From positions 45,670-109,669 of the forward strand of contig NIVC01001117.1 of NCBI GenBank assembly GCA_002269645.1: a DNA stretch of 64,000 nt, given 5' to 3'. The DNA is from Macrostomum lignano. Taxonomy: Eukaryota. A program made the position numbers and the translations under genes. Shown here piece after piece: positions 10,806 to 22,667 of the stretch (position 1 is its first letter; each line of letters begins with the position of its first letter). Below the pieces are notes generated by a model, which saw only the letters and a list, made by a program, of their open reading frames with translations, searched no databases and was not told where the DNA came from.

Positions 10806-13800
10806 CACAGACAGACAGACAGACACACAGACAGACACACAGACAGAGCCGGCATTGATACTCACCAACAGGTATAAACCTGTATTCAAACCGAAATCCT
10901 CTATAAACCTCCCACCGAACGGCCGAACTGTGAAATCGAACTCGGACCCTGGCGCTGTCCGAGATGATCCGGCCGGGCCGGCTGTCGCCGCACAGGTGCT
11001 CCAAGGCCAGACTAGAGCGCTGCTTGAACACGTTGAGCACAGCAACATAGTCTGCGTGACAGCTGCAGGAGGGGCATGGGAGGGGCCGGCAGGCCCGGTC
11101 ATTGTGTGCGGCATTAGGAGAAAGTCGGGGCTGCTCAGGAAGCTGCTTTCTTGGCTGATAATACTGGAAGCAAACAGTCAAGAATCGGTTTCTATGAAAA
11201 GAAAATTCGCAGTGAACCATACATTCTTTATTGGTTTGTTTATATCCGAATCGAATGTTCAGAATTAATTTTTACGGTCAATGCTAGTGGAGATTCTCGA
11301 TGTTTCATATGGCATACATATTTTTTATCCCAAGTAGGAGTCTTACTTGAGTACCATAGGGTGAGATTATTAGTTCTCACAGTCCTACTTGAGTATTATG
11401 GGGTTAGATTATTAGTTCTCAAAGTCTTACTTGAGTACCATAGGGTGAGATTATTAGTTCTCACAGTCCTACTTGAGTATGATAGGGTGAGATCATTAGT
11501 TCTCACAGTCCTACTTGAGTATGATAGGGTGAGATTATTAGTTCTCACAGTCCTACTTGAGTATTATGGGGTTAGATTATTAGTTCTCAAAGTCTTACTT
11601 GAGTACCATAGGGTGAGATTATTAGTTCTCACAGTCCTACTTGAGTATGATAGGGTGAGATCATTAGTTCTCACAGTCCTACTTGAGTATGATAGGGTGA
11701 GATCATTAGTTCTCACAGTCCTACTTGAGTATGATAGGGTGAGATCATTAGTTCTCACAGTCCTACTTGAGTATCATGGGGTTAGATTATTAGTTCTCAA
11801 AGTCTTACTTGAGTACCATAGGGGGAGATTATTAGTTTTCACAGTCCTACTTGAGTATGATAGGGTGAGATCATTAGTTCTCACAGTCCTACTTGAGTAT
11901 GATAGGGTGAGATCATTAGTTCTCACAGTCCTACTTGAGTATGATAGGGTGAGATCATTAGTTCTCACAGTCCTACTTGAGTATGATAGGGTGAGATTAT
12001 TAGTTCTCACAGTCCTACTTGAGTATCATGGGGTGAGATCATTAGTTCTCACAGTCTTACTTGAGTATCATAGGGTGAGATCATTAGTTCTCACAGTCCT
12101 ACTTGAGTATCATGGGGTGAGATCATTAGTTCTCATAGTCCTACTTGAGTATGATAGGGTGAGATCATTAGTTCTCACAGTCCTACTTGAGTATCATGGG
12201 GTTAGATTATTAGTTCTCAAAGTCTTACTTGAGTACCATAGGGGGAGATTATTAGTTCTCACAGTCCTACTTGAGTATCATGGGGTTAGATTATCAGTTC
12301 TCAAAGTCTTACTTGAGTACCATAGGGTGAGATTATTAGTTCTCACAGTCCTACTTGAGTATCATGGGGTTAGATTATTAGTTCTCAAAGTCTTACTTGA
12401 GTACCATAGGGGGAGATTATTAGTTCTCACAGTCCTACTTGAGTATCATGGGGTTAGATTATCAGTTCTCAAAGTCTTACTTGAGTACCATAGGGTGAGA
12501 TTATTAGTTCTCACAGTCCTACTTGAGTATCATGGGGTTAGATTATTAGTTCTCAAAGTCTTACTTGAGTATCATGGGGTTAGATTATTAGTTCTCACAG
12601 TCTTACTTGAGTACCATAGGGTGAGATTATTAGTTCTCACAGTACTACTTGAGTATCATGGGGTTAGATTATTAGTTCTCACAGTCTTACTTGAGTATCA
12701 TGGGGTTAGATTATTAGTTCTCACAGTCCTACTTGAGTATGATAGGGTGAGATCATTAGTTCTCACAGTCTTACTTGAGTATGATAGGGTGAGATCATTA
12801 GTTCTCACAGTCTTACTTGAGTATGATAGGGTGAGATCATTAGTTCTCACAGTCCTACTTGAGTATGATAGGGTGAGATCATTAGTTCTCACAGTCTTAC
12901 TTGAGTATGATAGGGTGAGATCATTAGTTCTCACAGTCCTACTTGAGTATCATGGGGTGAGATCATTAGTTCTCACAGTCTTACTTGAGTATGATAGGGT
13001 GAGATTATTAGTTCTCAAAGCCGCACTTGAGTCTTGAGAACTCAATACACAATAGCTGATAGCCAGCCTCTCTAATCCCCAAATTTTCCCGCAGCCCGCA
13101 GCCTAGCTGCTCAAAGTGATGGGGCACACGAGGCCTACAATGGACTACATTGATTGCCGACAAAAGTCGCTTTGAAAGAAACCACACAAAACCAGACAGA
13201 AAATTGCTACAAGTGCTTCTGTTGGTCTGCCAACCCCTCCCCCGCTGTGTAAGGAGGCGGCAGCTGAGAGACTCTGTTTTGATGAAGCTTGCCACCAACA
13301 GGCGCTTGAGTCTCTCAGCCTCTCCCGACGCGCTTTCTGCATCCTTTCTTGTCTCCCGCATCCGTGAGGCAGCGTGCGGGCTGACGGAAGGCAAAAATAC
13401 AATTGAAGTCTGAGACGGCTCCACCCCGCTGTGTAACTTGAGCGAGTGCCCGCCCTCTCTCAGTCCCGACTCAGCGCTCTGAGTTGCCTGCCGGCCTCAG
13501 CTCGGATCGAAAGTCCACCACCCCCCCCCCCTACCGGGTCCTCCTCGATCCAGCCTCGCGAGTAAATCTCCTCTTTACTAGCGAGTTCCTCAATTTCCTC
13601 CCCACCCCCGATTTTCCTGTTTTTTGCGATTCCCCAACCCGCCGCCGAACTGAGAGCTAGCTAATCCCACTAATCCTCCTAATCCCCTAATCCCCCGGTG
13701 TACGCGTATCCCAACTTGGGGGCTGCTCAACAAATTAACTTTTGCCCCGAGGACCAACTGCCTACCGAAACTACCCCCTCCCTCACGACCAGCAGTTGCC

Positions 13801-16800
13801 AAGGCTGCTCAGGTTTGCTGGTTAATTAGCGAACAAACTTGGCCACTCAATTTTGGTTTAAAATTGACTCAGGCGCAATAGTGAAGCTTTGAGGCACCAA
13901 GATGAGCATTGTGATGTCAAAATGAATGTTAAGACGGCAAAATGAACTTCTGAAGCCAAATTGACAGCCCAACGCAATACCCAGATCTCGCTCACAGTGT
14001 TGACGCCGCCAAATGCAAGTCGGTGAAGTCGATGACCACCCGCTGACCCGGCTGTCCGATCAGCTCGTAGACGCAGTCGGTCAGGGGCGCGTAGCCGGAC
14101 TCGCCGTCGTTGTCCCCGGCGCTGACACGATAGCCGGGCGAGCTGATCCACCCTGACAGCTGGTCGGAGCTGCGGAACTGCGTCACACCGCAGCCCACTG
14201 GAATTCGGTTGACAAGTCTGACACTAATTCAGTCTGACACCAAATCAGTCTGACACTAATTCAGTCTGACACCAACTCAGTCTGACACTAATTCAGTCTG
14301 ACACTAATTCAGTCTGACACTAATTCAGTCTGACACTAATTCAGTCTGACACTAATTCAATCTGACACTAATTCAGTCTGACACTAATTCAGTCTGACAC
14401 TAATTCAGTCTGACACTAATTCAGTCTGACACTAATTCAGTCTGACACTAATTCAGTCTGACACTAATTCAGTCTGACACTAATTCAATCTGACACTAAT
14501 TCAATCCGACACTAATTCAGTCTGACACTAATTCAGTCTGACACTAATTCAGTCTGACACCAATTCAGTCTGACACTAATTCAATCCGACACTAATTCAG
14601 TCTGACACTAATTCAGTCTGACACTAATTCAGTCTGACACTAATTCAATCCGACACTAATTCAGTCTGACACTAATTCAGTCTGACACTAATTCTGTCTG
14701 ACACTAATTCAATCTGACACTAATTCAATCCGACACTAATTCAGTCTGACACTAATTCAGTCTGACACTAATTCAGTCTGACACTAATTCAATCTGACAC
14801 TAATTCAGTCTGACACTAATTCAGTCTGACACTAATTCAGTCTGACACTAATTCAATCCGACACTAATTCAGTCTGACACTAATTCAATCTGACACTAAT
14901 TCAATCCGACACTAATTCAATCTGACACTAATTCAGTCTGACACTAATTCAGTCTGACACTAATTCAGTCTGACACTAATTCAATCCGACACTAATTCAG
15001 TCTGACACTAATTCAGTCTGACACTAATTCAGTCTGACACTAATTCAATCTGACACTAATTCAATCCGACACTAATTCAGTCTGACACTAATTCAGTCTG
15101 ACACTAATTCAGTCTGACACTAATTCAATCTGACACTAATTCAATCCGACACTAATTCAGTCTGACACTAATTCAGTCTGACACTAATTCAGTCTGACAC
15201 TAATTCAGTCTGACACTAATTCAATCCGACACTAATTCAGTCTGACACTAATTCAGTCTGACACTAATTCAGTCTGACACTAATTCAGTCTGACACTAAT
15301 TCAATCTGACACTAATTCAATCCGACACTAATTCAGTCTGACACTAATTCAGTCTGACACTAATTCAGTCTGACACCAATTCAGTCTGACACTAATTCAA
15401 TCCGACACTAATTCAGTCTGACACTAATTCAGTCTGACACTAATTCAGTCTGACACTAATTCAGTCTGACACTAATTCAGCCTGATAGTGAGTAAGTCTC
15501 TCTGCAAACTAATTCAGTATGGCTTGAGATATAATTTTTAGTCAAAAAAACAAAGGGATTAAGTTTCATATTACCCTAGCAAATATTCACTTAGATTACT
15601 GTCATTGATTATAGCATTTGCCTTAAAAGTAACTGGGGGGGACATTCAATATAGTTGTTCTCGCTGTAATTCTAGTAGTTAATGCAAGATTAGTGCATTT
15701 GTCATGCAGAAGTCTTTAGTACATTGATAATGGGATTAAAATTACAATTTTTAACAAAATGCTTTGAAACAACTCTTAGTACATGTTGCTACCCCGACAG
15801 ACAGGAAATATCCCCCCTGCAGAGGCCATCCCAAACCCTTTGGAACTGCCCGTGTACCATTTTCATATACATGTAACATTAAAAGTTAATTTTGATTCTT
15901 TTTGGGACGCCCAGGACATGAAACCATGTCCTGACCTGACCTGACCTGACCTTACATCCTAAAATCAGTATACCCCACCACTCTTGTATGCACGCTTGTA
16001 TGCCTGCTCAGGGGAGTCGGCGGAATGGGCAGTAATGCCTCTCGCCGGTTGTGTGCCTATGTCGCTTAAAGTACGCCAGGGTGCACACAACCCCCCTGCT
16101 TCTAATAAAAAAAATACCCCACCACTCATAAAACCTGAACACATCTAATGGACAAATCTCTCACACGGAATCAGGGGCACACCAACTTGGACCCCCTTAT
16201 CCCAGACACCCCATCCCGGACACATCTGTGAGACATGCCTTACCGGACACTTCATTCCGAGCACCCTATATCAGACTCCCCATCTTGGACAAACCAACCC
16301 GGACACCCTATCCCCCACACTCCATCCTGGACATCTTATACCATGCACTCCACCCCGGAGACCTATCTCGGACACTCCATGCCGGACATCCTATCTCGGA
16401 CACTCCATCCCGGACATCCTATACCGGACACTCCTCCCCGGAGACCTATCTCGGACACTCCATGCCGGACATCCTATCCCGGACACTGTATCCCTGAAAC
16501 CTCATCCCGGACACCTCATCCGGGAAATAACATCAAGGGCAAACCATCTCGGACACTCCACAATTGGCATCTCAGCCACCTGATCCCAGCGCAAGCGCAA
16601 CCAGCCCAGCCCGCACCTCTATACTGGAACTCGTAGGCGATGCGGAATCCCCAACTGCCGGAGTCTCCCCAGCCTCCGCCCTGCACGGAGTACAGCACGA
16701 ATGTGACGTTGGACACTCCGCGCAGCTGACCGCCGGACATATTGCCGCACAGACGGCGCAGGTAGAACGACTCAACGTAGAAATCCACGAAGTCGGATTC

Positions 16801-19800
16801 GCATCTGGTCGAGAATTGTGAAGAAAATGCAATGCTATTCGTCCGATAGCTGTGCCGTTTTTCTATGTTCCATTTTAGCTCTTCAATGACTCCCGGAATT
16901 GAGTGCCGGGTTGGAGATAGTTAAAAAAAGCGGCCAGGGAGGTGGGGTAGAGCTGGGGAGATGGGGTAGAGGGAGATGGGATAGAGGAAGGTGGGGCAGA
17001 AGAAGATGCGGCACTCATAGAGGAAGATGCGGGATAGAGGAAGGTGGGGCAGAAGAAGATGCGGCAGAGGGAGATGGGGTTAGAGGGAGATTGGGTAGAG
17101 GAAGTTGGGGTAGAGGCAGGTGGGGTAGAGGCAGGTGGGGTAGAGGCAGGTGGGGTAGAGGGAGGTGGGGTAGAGGAAGGTGGGGCAGAGGGAAGTGGGG
17201 TAGAGGAAGGTGGGGCAGAGGGAAGTGGGGTAGAGGAAGGTGGGGCAGAGGGAAGTGGGGTAGAGGAAGGTGGGGCAGAGGGAAGTGGGGTAGAGGAAGG
17301 TGGGGTAGAGGCAGGTGGGGTAGAGGCAGGTGGGGTAGAGGAAAGTGGGGCAGAGGGAAGTGGGGTAGAGGAAGGTGGGGCAGAGGGAAGTGGGGTAGAG
17401 GAAGGTGGGGCAGAGGGAAGTGGGGTAGAGGAAGGTGGGGTAGAGGCAGGTGGGGTAGAGGGAGGTGGGGTAGAGGAAGGTGGGGCAGAGGGAAGTGGGG
17501 TAGAGGGAGATGGGTTAGAGGGAGTTGAGGTAGAGGGAGGTGGGGTAGAGGAAGGTGGGGCAGAGGGAAGTGGGGTAGAGGAAGGTGGGGCAGAGGGAGG
17601 TGGGGTAGAGGAAGGTGGGGCAGAGGGAAGTGGGGTAGAGGAAGGTGGGGCAGAGGGAAGTGGGGTAGAGGAAGGTGGGGCAGAGGGAAGTGGGGTAGAG
17701 GAAGGTGGGGCAGAGGGAAGTGGGGTAGAGGAAGGTGGGGTAGAGGTAAGTGGGGTTCGAGGATGTGGGTAGAGTGAGGTGGGGTAGAGGAAGGTGGGGC
17801 GGAGGGAGGTGGGCCAGAGGGAAATGCGGCAGAGGGAGATGGAGTTAGAGTGGATGGGTAGAGGCAGGTGGGGTAGAGGCAGGTGGGGTAGAGGGGTGGG
17901 GATAGAGGGGGTGGGGATAGAGAGAAATAGTGGTAGAGGGAAATGGGGCGAGAGTGGGGGAGTGTGGGAGATTAGGGTGAAGGGAGCCAGGCAGAAGGGT
18001 GAGTGAGCACGCGCAGTCTGCTCACCCTTTGTTTCCCGGCCGGGAGCCAATGGAGAAGTGCAGCAGCCGCAGCAGCACCAGCTGGTTGGGGCCGGCCAGC
18101 AGGCTGTAGACAAAGCAGACCCCCCCGGGGGTAGCCGCCGGGCTGACCGAAATTCGGTGACTTGAGCTCTCCAAATCGACTGGCATTGCTGAGCACGGTG
18201 TCAGATCTGGCAGCTGAAGGTGTTGAGGGAATGGGCAGTCATTTTAGCGCCGCAAGTGCTCATCTTTCTAAAGCAGCGAGGAGAGGAGAGGGAAGAAGGG
18301 GATAAGAGAGTAGAGACATGAGAGGGGTGAGGAGATGAAAAGGTGGATGAGAGGGGAGAGGAGATGAAATAGGAGAAGAGATGAGAAAGGAGAAAAGACG
18401 AGAGGGGAGAGATAAGAGATGAGAGGGGAGAGGAGATGAGATGGAAGAGGAGATGAGGGCAGAGACTAGAGATGAGGGGAGAGGAGATAAGAGGGGAGAG
18501 AAGTGAGCTGAGAAGCAACACAGACTTTGAGCAGGCCGGATCGGCATTGTGAAGTTTTTTAAAGGACCCGAGGTCCGGATCGAGAGTTTGCCAACCCCCT
18601 GGCTCAGGAGAAAACCTGCTGGTTCTGATTAGATTGGCAGTCTAAGGGAGCAGCAGAGCGGAGTACCAGCTCCCTAAGGCTTATTCCCTAAGGGAATAAG
18701 GGAAGGCGGGCAGAAGTTCAACCAGGTGGAACAGGCATTCATTTAGCAAATAGAAGGTGCTGTCAGCTATAGTTTTTGTAATAACTGGGTTAGCGAGCGC
18801 CTGCTTGTTATATAAGTACTCAGCTATGAACCTTTCTCTGTTTTCAGTGTCCCTGTGTCTCACCTGCTGATTCTGTCGCCAACTTCATGAAGCTATACTC
18901 AGAAAAATCGATGAGCCAACCCATCAATCATTGTATTGAGAATTCATTCGTATTGTGTTCATGTGCAGATTGTAAATCTTCGAGTGTTTTTTGTATAGCT
19001 GCATGCAAAACGAACTGAATAACGCTCGTAAAAACTTAAGCCTGGCAGTCGAAAATCTCCCGTCTTAACATCATTCCCCTCGAAGGATTAATAGTCCTAC
19101 TGCGCCTAAGGGGCTGCATGGCCCTAGGGGGGGGGGTTATTTTCGCCCCAGCTATAGCTTTAATTTTAGCGATACGGGAACTCAGTTTTTCATCTCCCAT
19201 GCCTGGTCCGCTCTCGAGCAGACTTTGACAGCCCAGTCCTATCATTATGCTTTATAACTCTTGGCTCCTAGCTACTAGGAGCAGAGCTTCTTTGCCAGAG
19301 CAGATCGATACGCAGCCAAGAACCGAAGGAAATGGTAAAGTGGCTCTGCAGGAGAGGCAATACGCTTTTATGCACTGGATTTTCTCTGCTGCAGCTGGGG
19401 CATCGAGAACCTCTGCCCTGCCTTTCTATCGTCGAAGAAGCCAGGTTAGAGGGGGGAGGGGTAGCTCGCTGCGCATGCTTATAGCAATAGTAATATTGAC
19501 AGCTTAGGCGAGGGATCAATGCTGGCCTCTCGCACACCCTCTGGTATTTGGCACCTTATGCACATTCAGTGAGGATCCCTATTACTGGGGATTGGCGACT
19601 CGCCCCTCCCCCCTACTCCTGAACGCGCATTTCGCCTAAATTAGTGTAGATTTTTAACTAGAAAGACGCGCACAAACTTAAACTTCTATTAGACGCGTTT
19701 TTCAAGAATTAAAGTAATAGATGTAAAAGTACAAGCATACCAGGCATGATAAGTTTAAAGAGGCCTAATTGCCTAACTCCAAGGAAGCTGTTTGATGCAC

Positions 19801-20019
19801 AGACTTTCAAAAAGATTTGCTTTGAATTACAAGACACCCTGCTTTCCGATTTTGGCATGAACAGGCCTGTTCTGCGAATGCTGCTAAAGTATATTAAGAT
19901 CTTCAAATCAATTTCTACTGTATAAAAGTGCACTGTATTCTAGCACTTCTGCGAGATATTAGCGAATGTAGATTGATCAAAATATCTAAATTGATGGATA
20001 GATAAATAGATAGATAGAC

Positions 20020-20050
<31 letters not shown>

Positions 20051-20191
20051 CAGATAGATAGATAGACAGATAGATAGACAGATAGATAGAGAGATAGATA
20101 GATAAATAGATAGACAGATAGACAGACAGATAGATAGATAAATAGATAGACAGATAGATAGATAGACAGATAGATAGATAAATAGATAAAC

Positions 20192-20240
<49 letters not shown>

Positions 20241-20299
20241 AATAGATAGACAGATAGATAGATAAATAGATAGACAGATAGATAGATAAATAGATAGAC

Positions 20300-20352
<53 letters not shown>

Positions 20353-20484
20353 GATAGATAGACAAATAGATAGATAGACATGACACTCACCTGAGCAGCT
20401 GAAAGCTGCCAGACTGTGAAACCGCAGGCTGATCATGAGCAGCAGAGACAAACAGACCATTGCAGACAGTCTCGGACACTGCAT
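7312..20484 (-). CDS. SP-CUBx3-LDLa-TM type I membrane protein (Neto/LEV-10/SOL-1-like), about 692 aa if repaired; two lesions as sequenced
   Basis: Exons (-): 20484-20391, 18213-18026, 16804-16617, 14197-13996, 11062-10866, 9993-9766, 9672-9513, 8465-8380, 8304-8149, 7892-7312; all GT-AG and phase-compatible. CUB motifs [29 protein letters not shown]; [22 protein letters not shown]; [19 protein letters not shown]. LDLa-like [50 protein letters not shown]. Lesions: +1 G in a homopolymer near 18120-18126 and TGA at 8179-8177. Confidence 0.85.
7905..8040. repeat. (AGAGT)n pentanucleotide microsatellite
   Basis: Direct reading; lies in the last intron. Confidence 0.9.
8625..9440. repeat. 30-bp minisatellite (gactggtggagggaggagtggctgcataaa)
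   Basis: Intronic; source of three spurious ORFs. Confidence 0.95.
10096..10378. repeat. About 41-bp tandem repeat containing TATAAAA (gggctataaaatggggtggggtctgagagggtgcctctgga)
   Basis: About 7 units, intronic. Confidence 0.9.
10640..10848. repeat. (GACA)n microsatellite
   Basis: Direct reading. Confidence 0.95.
11335..13035. repeat. 42-bp minisatellite (cctacttgagtatgatagggtgagatcattagttctcacagt)
   Basis: About 40 units with shuffled variants; source of the 628-aa ORF. Confidence 0.95.
14215..15482. repeat. 16-bp minisatellite (cagtctgacactaatt)
   Basis: About 79 units. Confidence 0.95.
15984..16115 (+). mobile_element. Short poly(A)-tailed retroposon, copy 2, with TSD
   Basis: Flanking direct repeat cccaccactc at 15974-15983 and 16118-16127; aataaa plus A-tail; matches 1320-1440 inverted. 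Confidence 0.8.
16200..16560. repeat. Degenerate ccggacac/ccggacat short-period repeat
   Basis: Recurrent ccggaca motif; possibly a transposon subterminal array. Confidence 0.7.
16930..17960. repeat. G-rich 15-bp minisatellite (ggtggggtagaggaa / agtggggcagaggga)
   Basis: Direct reading; intron 2 of the CUB gene. Confidence 0.95.
19995..20380. repeat. (GATA/GACA)n microsatellite
   Basis: Begins just inside intron 1 of the CUB gene. Confidence 0.95.
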
Positions 20485-21849
20485 CACGCTGTCCGAAAAG
20501 CTGACCCGGCCAGCACCCAGGCACCAGCAGCAGCAGCAGGAGACTGGAGCCTAAATACCTGACAATTAAGCGCTCCGTTGATTCCCCAGAAAAAATGTTC
20601 AGCAGCCTTTATCAGGACACCCCCTCAGCTGGCAGCCAGCCTCCTCCCCCAGCTGCATCAATTAGGGATTGGCCGTGATGAGTGGCCAGCCAATCCCTCC
20701 ACTGGGTGACTTGAAAGTTTAAAAGAAATTAAAACTCCTTATTGGTTTCAGGAGACTTTAGAATCCCCTTCAAGTTGATTTATAACAATGCGCCAGTTCT
20801 GTAGCGTCCCATATTTATTTATGGTTTACTGTTATATTAATAAATTATAAATTTGACAAAAAACCAGCAGCGCGTAGCAAATATAAAACAGCCAGACTGA
20901 CTACTATTTAGCAGTACTACAGTTAGAATCTTACTATTAAAAGTTGATTTAAAAAAAATAAAATACAAACGCACAGAGTAAAACAAATAGGAATTATTTT
21001 GTGCGACAGGACTTCGATAAAGAAACATCGTGTTTGGAATGTATTAAATAAACACTGCGAAATGACAGAACTATTCATTAGAATAATTACTTTATTTACA
21101 GACTAATCTGTTGAATTATTAAATATTAATAATTTGTATAGTGTGCCATGAAAAAATGATTAGAATATTTATTAAAGGTAAAACTGTGCGCAAAATTGTA
21201 CTTTTTTAGCAAATAAAATTAACTGTAAAAGTCCAAATATATATTATGTATAGTGTATTGCACAGCAAAAATCAGATATGCAAAGCAAAATTGCACTTTT
21301 ACTATTGCAATAAGTACACACGAACTTAATGTAAATTCCCCTCGACGACAACCCGATTATTAATTATCAATAGTACCCGTGTTACACAATTATTGACAAA
21401 ATAAAACCACATTTGCGTGTAAGCTACTTACAGTTCAGTAGCAGGCTAAATTAAGAAGCATTTTAAATGTATTTTTAGGGTAAAACACTCATTTATTGGC
21501 TCTCTGACCCCCATAGCTTGAATCTCTACCCCCGTCCCACTGCAAAATTTTTATTGCGTTTCTCGCTGTGTTTTCTAACCTGCCATGTACATTCTCAGTG
21601 GCACTGGCTGAGGTAAATTATGACGGCTTGCGCCGCCAATAGCAAGCTGTTTATTAAGGTCTGCAAGTCACTCCAACTGGCTTTCTCTTTTCATAAAATA
21701 GCTTACGCATTATAACTTACTACTGAACTGAAAGCTAAAGTAGAGAGAAACACTTATAAAAAGCTTATATAATACGCCCAAGCCCCAAGTGGCCCATTTA
21801 AGTATGAGATTTATTATCGTTTGACTATTTCATAATGTTGCCATATGAT

Positions 21850-22290
21850 TTACATACACATGTACATCCATACACATGCACATCTATGCACATGTATATC
21901 CATACACATGCACATCTATGCACATGTATATCCATACACATGCACATCTATGCACATGTATATCCATACACATGCACATCTATGCACATGTACATGCATA
22001 CAAGGCACATCTTTGCACATGTACATCTATACACATGCACATCGATGCACATGTACATCCATACACATGCACATGTACATCAATGCACATGTACAGCTAT
22101 GCACATGCACATCTATGCACATGTACATCTATGCACATGTACATCTATGCACATGTACATCCATACACATGTACATCTATGCACATGTACATCCATACAT
22201 ATGTACATCTATGCACATGTACATCCATACACATGTACATCTATGCATATGTACATCCATACACATGTACAGCTATGCACATGTAAATCC
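21850..22290. repeat. Degenerate gcacatgtacatc(t/c)at repeat abutting the 3' end of a SINE
   Basis: Direct reading. Confidence 0.9.
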
Positions 22291-22522
22291 ATGCGCGGCG
22301 CATCTGAAGGCTGCGTACGGCTGTTCAGCCCAAGGACTGGGGGGTCGCCACACACACCCTCAATTACCCCAGCTAATGCTGGCACCCATTTTACAGCTGG
22401 GTGAACTGAAGCAATTCAGAGTTAAGTGTCTTGCTCAAAGACACAAATTGTTCCAGTGGGACCGGGAATCGAACCCCCGATCTTCAAGTAGTGAGTCCGA
22501 CGCTCTAACCACTAGGCTAACA
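22290..22522 (-). mobile_element. tRNA-derived SINE with conserved central domain
   Basis: Minus strand TAGCCTAGTGG (A box), GGTTCGATTCC (B box), then tgtgtctttgagcaagacacttaac...cacccagctgtaaaatgggt, resembling CORE/V/Meta-type SINE central domains. Confidence 0.8.
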
Positions 22523-22667
22523 ATTCTAAGAATCCCAATAATTATAGAGTTATTGATATTTCAAATAGTTCAGACACCTGCTGTGACAACACAAGAAACC
22601 ACAGTATATAATAAAACTTACTAATAGTGAATCAGCTACTCGAAAACGCACACCCTATGCCTGTGTC

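Noticed and set aside
11151-13037. 628-aa ORF ([14 protein letters not shown])n
   Set aside because: Translation of a 42-bp intronic minisatellite antisense to the CUB gene; no domain, TM logic or splice support
14215-15482. Regular arrays that could be mistaken for CRISPR (also 24070-24660, 56690-57640)
   Set aside because: Head-to-tail repeats without unique spacers, no cas genes, eukaryotic context
18864-18897. Possible micro-exon [11 protein letters not shown] with a gtgag donor
   Set aside because: Phase 0 start is incompatible with the phase-1 exon 1; exon 1 joins exon 2 in frame without it
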